Below, piece by piece: positions 1 to 5,400 of a stretch of DNA of 64,000 bases. Source of the DNA: a virus; the IMG/VR virus record IMGVR_UViG_3300044638_007100. One strand, given 5' to 3'. Within the stretch, counting starts at the first letter, position 1. The number at the start of each line of letters is the position of its first letter. The notes under the pieces are model-generated. The model was not told the origin of the DNA. It ran no database searches and worked only from the letters and a program-made list of their open reading frames with translations. The position numbers and the translations under genes are program-made.

Positions 1-127
1 GCTTAGTAATAAGTCTTGCTTTGTCCTTGAAAAGAAGAACAATTGCTCTTTTCCAGTTTGTAAAATGTAATGGTTCATAAGAACTGTTTAGAACCAGTAT
101 TGTACTATGTGGTTCTATGGATTCCAT
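1..127 (-). CDS. HNH endonuclease (McrA/HNH_5-like), 5' part only; runs off the window start
   Basis: ATG at 127 reads MESIEPHSTILVLNSSYEPLHFTNWKRAIVLLFKDKARLITK. This matches the 'VLVLNASYEPL...W.RAI.L' N-terminus of HNH proteins. Not in the ORF track. Confidence 0.7.
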   Translation of the reverse strand, partial: MESIEPHSTILVLNSSYEPLHFTNWKRAIVLLFKDKARLITK

Positions 128-159
128 TTGTTTTGTTGCACCTCATTTTATTTAGATTA

Positions 160-234
160 TGGCACCCTGAGAGGGATTTGAACCCCCGTCTTCTTCGTTC
201 GTAGCGAAGCACTCTTCCACTGAGTTACCAGGGC
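160..234 (-). tRNA. trnR: tRNA-Arg(ACG), CCA encoded
   Basis: Cloverleaf by eye; anticodon arm CTTCG-CTACGAA-CGAAG; ends GCCA. Confidence 0.95.
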
Positions 235-308
235 TGGCACGGGATGTAGGAATCGAACCCACATCAAAAGGTTTGGAAGCTCTTGTCTTACCATTAGACC
301 AATCCCGT
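235..308 (-). tRNA. trnW: tRNA-Trp(CCA), CCA encoded
   Basis: Loop TT-CCA-AA; C31:C39 mismatch; its CCA abuts the tRNA-Arg 5' end with no spacer. Confidence 0.9.
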
Positions 309-331
309 ATATGTTTGGATATAAAATCCAA

Positions 332-405
332 TACCGAAGGTGGGATTCGAACCCACAACATTTCGCTTTTGAGGCGAACACCTCTACCAATTGGATCACT
401 TCGGC
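332..405 (-). tRNA. trnL: tRNA with CAA (Leu) anticodon, short variable loop
   Basis: TTCGC-CTCAAAA-GCGAA; 5-nt variable loop ATGTT; A73. Confidence 0.85.
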
Positions 406-408
406 ATA

Positions 409-482
409 TGGGCGTGAGAGGATTCGAACCTCCACTGTACAGATTCTAAGTCTGGTGCCTCCTACCATTGCGCTACACGCCC
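409..482 (-). tRNA. trnL: tRNA with UAG (Leu) anticodon, short variable loop
   Basis: CCAGA-CTTAGAA-TCTGT; variable loop ACAGT; A73. Confidence 0.85.
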
Positions 483-506
483 ATAAAAACTTGATTGAAC
501 AAACAA

Positions 507-1031
507 TCAAGAATTTATCCAAGTCATAACCTCTTCAAGAAGAATCGGACGAAAATTAGTATGCTCAACACATACACATTGATATCGGTTATCAATGTTC
601 CCGAACGTATTCTTCACTCTATTGGAATGAAGATGTCCGTGAATGTTTACCCCAAATCTATCAAGTTGAGATTCATGAAGAGGAACATGACTAAGAATCA
701 TATTGTTTAGAACATGATATGCACGAATATCGTAAAAATGTTCTGCATATTCACTGAGTCTAAAAATATCATGATTCCCTTTAATGAGACACTTCTTTCC
801 ATTAAGTTTGGAAGCAGTTCCCATTGATCTACGATTGATTACATAATCTCCAAGATGATAAACTTTATCATTCGGTGAAACAGTTTCGTTCCAGTAATCA
901 ATCATAGCCTCATCCATTTCATCGGGATGATTCCACGGACGAAGTTTTTGTCCGTCTTCTCTCAGAAACTTACACACACCATGATGTCCAAAGTGTGTGT
1001 CAGATACCAGAAATACTCTAGATCTACTCAT
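507..1031 (-). CDS. Calcineurin-like metallophosphoesterase (174 aa)
   Basis: Motifs SDTHFGH, HLGD, GNHD, SHVP and HGHLH. Start moved to MSRSRV at 1031 (GAGG upstream) because the longer ORF runs through a tRNA. Confidence 0.85.
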   Translation of the reverse strand: MSRSRVFLVSDTHFGHHGVCKFLREDGQKLRPWNHPDEMDEAMIDYWNETVSPNDKVYHLGDYVINRRSMGTASKLNGKKCLIKGNHDIFRLSEYAEHFYDIRAYHVLNNMILSHVPLHESQLDRFGVNIHGHLHSNRVKNTFGNIDNRYQCVCVEHTNFRPILLEEVMTWINS

Positions 1032-1063
1032 TTTTTCCTCAGGTGTGTTTGATTTGTTTTCAT

Positions 1064-1120
1064 AGAATAGCAGGTAAAACCCAAGAATTCTAGGAATGTG
1101 TGCCAGTTTTGGAACTGGCA
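1064..1120 (-). promoter_or_regulatory. Palindrome + -10 early-type promoter (copy A)
   Basis: TGCCAGTT-CCAA-AACTGGCA, then 31 nt, then TATTCT. Confidence 0.6.
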
Positions 1121-1121
1121 A

Positions 1122-1196
1122 TGTCCGTGAGAGGATTTGAACCTCCACTGTCTACCCCCTCAAGGTAGTGCCTCCTACCAATTGCGCTACACGGAC
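1122..1196 (-). tRNA. trnL: tRNA with GAG (Leu) anticodon, short variable loop
   Basis: CTACC-TTGAGGG-GGTAG; body nearly identical to the UAG tRNA at 409-482. Confidence 0.85.
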
Positions 1197-1199
1197 GAG

Positions 1200-1272
1200 T
1201 TCCAGAAATAGGATTCGAACCTATATTATACATCTTCAAAGGATGGTGTCCTGCCAGTTAGACGATTCTGGA
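1200..1272 (-). tRNA. trnQ: tRNA-Gln(UUG)
   Basis: Loop CT-TTG-AA; acceptor TCCAGAA/TTCTGGA. Confidence 0.9.
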
Positions 1273-1293
1273 TTAAAGTGGAATACTCCACAG

Positions 1294-1369
1294 AGTCTAG
1301 TGTGGGATTCGAACCCACGGTGAAAGAAGTTTTGCAGACTTCCGCATTCGGCCACTCTGCCAACTAGAC
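1294..1369 (-). tRNA. trnC: tRNA-Cys(GCA)
   Basis: GAAGT-CTGCAAA-ACTTC; U73. Confidence 0.92.
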
Positions 1370-1373
1370 ATTA

Positions 1374-1444
1374 ACGTGAAACCTATTCAACATAGTGTTG
1401 GAGCGACCAACTGTTTCACGCTGTCGGATTAATTACTTCCGACA
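1374..1444 (-). ncRNA. Candidate structured RNA (hairpin + three-way junction)
   Basis: TGTCGGA/TCCGACA hairpin; GCGTGAAAC/GTTTCACGT stem enclosing GTTGG/CCAAC and CTAT/ATAG hairpins. Confidence 0.45.
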
Positions 1445-1445
1445 A

Positions 1446-1516
1446 AGCCCCTAGACAGAATTGAACTGTCGTCTCCGCTTTACAAGAGCGGTGCATCACC
1501 ACAATGCTTTAGAGGC
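1446..1516 (-). tRNA. trnT: tRNA-Thr(UGU)
   Basis: CCGCT-CTTGTAA-AGCGG. Confidence 0.92.
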
Positions 1517-1551
1517 AATATTGAACTATTTGGAAATACCGGATAGTTCAA

Positions 1552-1623
1552 AGCCCTTAGTGAGAATCAAACTCACGACCTCATTCTTACCAAGAATGCG
1601 TTCTATCACTGAACTATAAGGGC
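1552..1623 (-). tRNA. trnT: tRNA-Thr(GGU), deviant D and T loops
   Basis: CATTC-TTGGTAA-GAATG; D loop has GA in place of GG; T loop TTTGATT. Confidence 0.85.
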
Positions 1624-1625
1624 GG

Positions 1626-1699
1626 GGTGTAGGACGGGACTTGAACCCGCATAAACCAGATTCACAATCTGGCGCATTAACCAATTATGCTACCTACAC
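1626..1699 (-). tRNA. trnH: tRNA-His(GUG), no encoded G-1
   Basis: CCAGA-TTGTGAA-TCTGG; C73; position -1 is T. Confidence 0.92.
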
Positions 1700-1701
1700 A
1701 G

Positions 1702-1774
1702 TGGCTGTAGGTGGAGTTGAACCACCGACGACTTCCTTATGAGAGAAGCGTTCTACCAACTGAACTATACAACC
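1702..1774 (-). tRNA. tRNA(CAU): Ile2 (lysidine type) or elongator Met
   Basis: CTTCT-CTCATAA-GGAAG; G1:C72 paired, so not an initiator. Confidence 0.85.
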
Positions 1775-1778
1775 AAAG

Positions 1779-1863
1779 CGGAGAATAGAGGGTTCGAACC
1801 TCTGGTGGTTTTATCCACACAAACTTTCCAAGTTTGCACCATAAACCTCTCGGACAATTCTCC
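1779..1863 (-). tRNA. trnS: tRNA-Ser(GGA)
   Basis: CAAAC-TTGGAAA-GTTTG; long variable arm; G73. Confidence 0.93.
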
Positions 1864-1864
1864 A

Positions 1865-1959
1865 GGTTTGAGAGAAGATGGAATCGAACCACCATTGCCA
1901 AGGGACGGAATCGAACCGCCTCTAACACCGTCGTGCTCACCACCAAGGTGCTCTCTCAA
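1865..1959 (-). ncRNA. tRNA-like RNA with acceptor stem and two TpsiC arms, no anticodon arm
   Basis: TTGAGAGA/TCTCTCAA + ACC; GGCGG-TTCGATT-CCGTC and GGTGG-TTCGATT-CCATC. Confidence 0.6.
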
Positions 1960-2050
1960 CGGAAGTGACTGGATTTGAACCAGTGGTGCCAATTACTTGA
2001 CACGGAATCTTAGCAGGATTCTGCAATAAACCGGACTCTGCCACACTTCC
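1960..2050 (-). tRNA. trnS: tRNA-Ser(GCU)
   Basis: GAATC-CTGCTAA-GATTC; long variable arm. Confidence 0.93.
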
Positions 2051-2073
2051 TTATAAAATACCCCGAAGGGTAA

Positions 2074-2146
2074 TTGGAACGACGAGATTTGAACTCGTGA
2101 CCGCACGGTTATCAGCCGTGTGCTCTACCAACTGAGCTACGTTCCA
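2074..2146 (-). tRNA. trnI: tRNA-Ile(GAU)
   Basis: CACGG-CTGATAA-CCGTG. Confidence 0.95.
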
Positions 2147-2149
2147 TCA

Positions 2150-2263
2150 AGGTAGGAGTCGATATCAACAATCTACCAGTTTCAGTTTTCGGACTGAAAA
2201 ACCTATCACCAACCAACCGAAGTTTCATAACGGAGGAAGTGAATCTCCGTGACCATAAAGGTC
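2150..2263 (-). ncRNA. Candidate multi-hairpin spacer RNA
   Basis: Four hairpins: GACC/GGTC, ACGGAG/CTCCGT, TTTCAGT/ACTGAAA, GGTAG/CTACC. Confidence 0.35.
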
Positions 2264-2266
2264 AAG

Positions 2267-2340
2267 CGGGAACACCCGGAATCGAACCGAGACCTCATGT
2301 TCTTCAGACATACGTGCCGACCAACCTACACCATGTTCCC
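2267..2340 (-). tRNA. trnF: tRNA-Phe(GAA)
   Basis: TATGT-CTGAAGA-ACATG; G73. Confidence 0.9.
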
Positions 2341-2418
2341 ACACAATGCAGTCTATGTACGATAGACTTTTATCCGACGCATGTAAAATCGGTTGGAGTT
2401 TTACTAGTATTCTCCAAA

Positions 2419-2489
2419 TCGGGATAGAAGGTACTGCCCCCTCTTCGCTGCGTCCCAAACGCAGAGTTATACTTTTCTACTATATCCCG
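2419..2489 (-). tRNA. trnP: tRNA-Pro(UGG), atypical
   Basis: CTGCG-TTTGGGA-CGCAG; T loop GGCAGTA; D loop lacks GG. Confidence 0.8.
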
Positions 2490-3036
2490 TTGTTTTTATG
2501 TAATCCTCAATTAAAGGACTTACCAAGTGTCTATGTCTAGAATGAAACATCCTATGATGATTTGGACATAATGGTATTAGATTTTCTGGATTGTTATTTT
2601 GTTTATTGTAGTCATTATGATGAACTTCAACAATTAAATCAAAACCACAAACACAACACTTTTTTGGATGGTGTGTAAAGCATATTTTGCGATAGTGTGC
2701 ATCGCCATCGAATCCATCCTTATAGTTTGGGTTGTTTTCCCCACTTCTAAAAAAAGTATTAGAGCAAGACCTTGAACAAACCGTTTTTTCGTCTTTACTC
2801 CCTTTTAGAGTTTCAAATAAAGTACTACAAACTGGACATTCTTTTTTAATTAATTCATATTTTCTTGGAGGTTCATATTTTGGAACTTTTATTCCAAATT
2901 GGTTTTGAAGAAATTTAATTTTTCTCCTCCAAGTTCCATTATCACAACCTCCAAGTTTTTTAATAACTTGTCCAGGACCGTTTGATGTTGAACAAGCAAC
3001 TTCAAATTGTTCTTTAGTTATGATTTTGTTTTTCAT
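2467..3036 (-). CDS. Free-standing HNH (homing) endonuclease, 189 aa
   Basis: CPVC...CSRSC zinc motif; CCVCG...VHH...NNPENLIPLCPNHHRMFH HNH motif. Confidence 0.85.
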   Translation of the reverse strand: MKNKIITKEQFEVACSTSNGPGQVIKKLGGCDNGTWRRKIKFLQNQFGIKVPKYEPPRKYELIKKECPVCSTLFETLKGSKDEKTVCSRSCSNTFFRSGENNPNYKDGFDGDAHYRKICFTHHPKKCCVCGFDLIVEVHHNDYNKQNNNPENLIPLCPNHHRMFHSRHRHLVSPLIEDYIKTTGYSRKV

Positions 3037-3075
3037 TTTAGTTTCGTAGTATTAGGTTTTGAGATACACCCAAAC

Positions 3076-3083
3076 TATTTATA
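3076..3083 (-). promoter_or_regulatory. T4-type late promoter
   Basis: TATAAATA upstream of the HNH gene. Confidence 0.6.
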
Positions 3084-3089
3084 TACGAC

Positions 3090-3118
3090 AATATAAAAGA
3101 TAAACATAAAATTGTCAA
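3090..3118 (-). promoter_or_regulatory. sigma70-like promoter
   Basis: TTGACA-17-TATATT. Confidence 0.5.
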
Positions 3119-3138
3119 GTATGCTTCATAAGAAGCAA

Positions 3139-3210
3139 CTCCCCCGACTGGATTCGAACCAGTGACAAACGGATTAACAGTCCGCGATTCTACCGCTGAA
3201 CTACAGGGGA
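3139..3210 (-). tRNA. trnN: tRNA-Asn(GUU)
   Basis: GCGGA-CTGTTAA-TCCGT. Confidence 0.95.
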
Positions 3211-3237
3211 TTATAAGTATCCTCAATTAAGAGGAAG

Positions 3238-3313
3238 AAGCGTAGACGGGCATCGAACCCGCAAAATATCCATCTTGAAAGGATGGTGACTTTACCAATT
3301 TGTCTACTACGCC
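3238..3313 (-). tRNA. trnE: tRNA-Glu(UUC)
   Basis: CCATC-CTTTCAA-GATGG. Confidence 0.9.
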
Positions 3314-3316
3314 AAG

Positions 3317-3402
3317 CGGAGAGAACAGGACTCGAACCTGCGAAGGGTTTTACCCCCCGACCGTTTTCAAGACGGCGTCCTCGACCGAACCGGACTCTCT
3401 CC
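3317..3402 (-). tRNA. trnS: tRNA-Ser(UGA)
   Basis: Loop CT-TGA-AA; long variable arm; G73. Confidence 0.92.
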
Positions 3403-3486
3403 ATAAGAAATATCTATTATAATAGAGATATTTCTATCAGTTTATCAATACTGCCCACATACAAAACTGAAAAAGTATAGGGACGA

Positions 3487-3559
3487 CGACCTCTAGGGGA
3501 TTTGAACCCCTGACTTTCTGCTAGACAGGCAGACACTCTAACCGCTGAGTTAAGAGGCC
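3487..3559 (-). tRNA. trnD: tRNA-Asp(GUC)
   Basis: TCTGC-CTGTCTA-GCAGA; G73; U at position 37. Confidence 0.92.
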
Positions 3560-3562
3560 AAA

Positions 3563-3637
3563 TGGAGCGAAATATCGGATTTGAACCGATGACATCAACC
3601 TTGGCAAGGTTGCGTTCTACCACTGAACTAATTCCGC
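3563..3637 (-). tRNA. trnG: tRNA-Gly(GCC), CCA encoded
   Basis: CAACC-TTGCCAA-GGTTG; ends TCCA. Confidence 0.95.
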
Positions 3638-3689
3638 AGGTTAGCACTCATTCTGTTATCCCCCGTTAAAAGGCAGATATAAGCACCAA

Positions 3690-3763
3690 TGGACCCAAGG
3701 AGAATCGAACTCCTCACAGTTTGCTTGCAAAGCAATCTCGCCAGCCTTGGTACATGTGAGCCC
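3690..3763 (-). tRNA. trnA: tRNA-Ala(UGC), atypical D arm
   Basis: Loop TT-TGC-AA; G3:U70 and A73; D region CATGTACCAAGGCTGGCGAG pairs poorly. Confidence 0.8.
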
Positions 3764-3764
3764 G

Positions 3765-3838
<74 letters not shown>

Positions 3839-3897
3839 GTAAACTAGATGATTGTTTTTTCTACCAAAAAGAAAGTAAGAATTGCTGAATCATCTAA

Positions 3898-3986
3898 TGG
3901 GAGAAGAGGGAATTGAACCCCCGAGGCTAAAAAACCACTCCAGTTTTACAGACTGGTACTACGTTGCCAACAGTAGACATCCTCCC
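3898..3986 (-). tRNA. trnY: tRNA-Tyr(GUA)
   Basis: CCAGT-CTGTAAA-ACTGG; long variable arm. Confidence 0.88.
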
Positions 3987-4022
3987 ATTCAGTTTATATT
4001 TAATGACCGAACTGACGGTCGA

Positions 4023-4096
4023 TGGGTCTGGCGGGACTCGAACCCGCAACTTCCAGGTTAAAAGCCCGTTACTGCTACCAGTTGAGTTACAGACCC
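4023..4096 (-). tRNA. trnK: tRNA-Lys(UUU)
   Basis: Loop CT-TTT-AA; acceptor GGGTCTG/CAGACCC. Confidence 0.92.
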
Positions 4097-4156
4097 ATAT
4101 AATATAGGATTTCTATTTAATTGTCAAGGTTCTGGTGGTCTCTCAACCACCCTTTT

Positions 4157-4214
4157 AGAATACCACCGAATCAAGTTTGAATCAAGTGGTGTGTGCCAGT
4201 TTCAGAATTGGAAC
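4157..4214 (-). promoter_or_regulatory. Palindrome + -10 early-type promoter (copy B)
   Basis: TCCAATT-CTGA-AACTGGCA, 31 nt, TATTCT; also TTGATT-17-TATTCT. Confidence 0.6.
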
Positions 4215-4251
4215 TTGGCGTTTGGGGTCTCGTTCCCCCACCGATTTACTT

Positions 4252-4307
4252 AGAATACCACTGCTTCAAACTTTTGGGAAGAAGAGTGGACACTTATGAA
4301 ACTGTCC
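4252..4307 (-). promoter_or_regulatory. Palindrome + -10 early-type promoter (copy C)
   Basis: GGACAGTT-TCAT-AAGTGTCC, 30 nt, TATTCT. Confidence 0.6.
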
Positions 4308-4313
4308 CAAGCA

Positions 4314-4352
4314 ACAAAAAAGGGGAGGAAACTTTTAGTTTCTCTCCCCTTT
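4314..4352 (-). terminator. Intrinsic terminator
   Basis: AAGGGGAGAGAAAC/GTTTCCTCCCCTT hairpin followed by a T run. Confidence 0.7.
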
Positions 4353-4365
4353 TGCTTTATGTTAG

Positions 4366-4487
4366 AATGACTTCATTCTTTCATAATAGCAGAAGGGGAC
4401 TCACACGCAATATGCCCGCATGAATTCCAATCAGACATATTGCTGAGTGGATATGTAAATTGGGGTTTTGCGAACGAACGAGTCATT
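4366..4487 (-). ncRNA. Candidate rod-shaped late ncRNA
   Basis: Outer stem AATGACTCGTTC/GAATGAAGTCATT; inner stem ACTCAGCAATATG/CATATTGCGTGTGAGT; bracketed by a late promoter and a terminator. Confidence 0.5.
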
Positions 4488-4507
4488 TTTGTTTTACAAG
4501 TATGTTT

Positions 4508-4515
4508 TATTTATA
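4508..4515 (-). promoter_or_regulatory. T4-type late promoter
   Basis: TATAAATA. Confidence 0.6.
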
Positions 4516-4539
4516 AGACTTTTTTGGAAAAAAGTCAAG

Positions 4540-4613
4540 CGCCTCAGGTAGGATTCGAACCTACGGCTAACCGCTTAGAAGGCGGATACTCTAGTCCACT
4601 GAGTTACTGAGGC
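4540..4613 (-). tRNA. trnR: tRNA-Arg(UCU)
   Basis: Loop CT-TCT-AA; acceptor GCCTCAG/CTGAGGC. Confidence 0.93.
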
Positions 4614-4687
4614 ATAAACCTTCCAATATTGGAAGGTATTGGACTTACAATAACGGTGGTTGAATCCCCTCCGCTGCCTATGAGATC

Positions 4688-4716
4688 ATTATAGGGTCTT
4701 TGTGCTCAGGTGTCAA
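4688..4716 (-). promoter_or_regulatory. Consensus sigma70 promoter for tRNA-Arg(UCU)
   Basis: TTGACA-17-TATAAT; the -35 contains the TGA stop of the upstream ORF. Confidence 0.8.
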
Positions 4717-4907
4717 CCTGCTGCCTTTGCTTCCTTACGTGCTGCCTTCTCTTCAGTGATCTCTCCCCTCCGTGCCTTGACGAGTTTGGCAACTTCCTGA
4801 AGTGCCTTACGAGCACGAGTTCCTGCTGCACTATTGCCAGCAGCAAACTTTTCGTCTTCTACTTTCCATGCTTCAACGGCATTTAAGAGTTCTTGTGATA
4901 CAGACAT
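4713..4907 (-). CDS. Histone H1-like (Hc1-type) small basic protein, 64 aa
   Basis: GNSAAGTRARKALQEVAKLVKARR resembles the Hc1 core; GGAG RBS before MSVSQ. Confidence 0.6.
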   Translation of the reverse strand: MSVSQELLNAVEAWKVEDEKFAAGNSAAGTRARKALQEVAKLVKARRGEITEEKAARKEAKAAG

Positions 4908-4941
4908 GATAATCTCCAAAAAATAAGATATGATTATATAG

Positions 4942-5358
4942 TCAGTTTTTTGGACAATCTTCTACCCAAACTGCACAAATTCTCATTGGAGGTGCAAGTG
5001 CCTTACATTCATCAGTATAGCAGACACTTTCATCATTCTTTTCATCAACATATTTTGGTTTATATTTTTGATCTGCTTCTTCAATAATACGATCATATTC
5101 TGAAGTTACATTTTGAATTGCTCTATCAACATCTCTGCCAATTCTGCGATTCAGTTTTTCAGGATCTTTAATTATAAATTCATTAAGAATAGTTTGTGGG
5201 AAATATTTTCTTTGAATCTCATCAAATAAATCCCAAAGTCCATTTTCAGATACTCCAGTACACTGGGAGAGTATTGCAATCATAGAACTCAGTACAATTC
5301 CTATAATTGCATACTGCTTTATATCTGGTTTTTTATTTCCAAAATTGAAATTAAACAT
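4942..5358 (-). CDS. Hypothetical membrane-anchored protein
   Basis: Hydrophobic N-terminal segment; 4-Cys C-terminus. Confidence 0.7.
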   Translation of the reverse strand: MFNFNFGNKKPDIKQYAIIGIVLSSMIAILSQCTGVSENGLWDLFDEIQRKYFPQTILNEFIIKDPEKLNRRIGRDVDRAIQNVTSEYDRIIEEADQKYKPKYVDEKNDESVCYTDECKALAPPMRICAVWVEDCPKN

Positions 5359-5400
5359 AAATGGGGAGATCTAACCCTCCCCACTATTTATTCTATTGTG

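Noticed and set aside
409-482. Amber suppressor tRNA or stop-codon reassignment
   Set aside because: The anticodon is UAG (reads CUA/CUG), not CUA. No CUA/UUA/UCA-anticodon tRNA was found, and core genes are intact under the standard code.
1374-1444. Hammerhead ribozyme (GAAA next to a stem)
   Set aside because: The CUGAnGA core is missing
4099-4127. TTGACA-17-TATTAT promoter upstream of tRNA-Lys
   Set aside because: The predicted start site would fall inside the tRNA 5' end, so it is not supportable as the tRNA promoter
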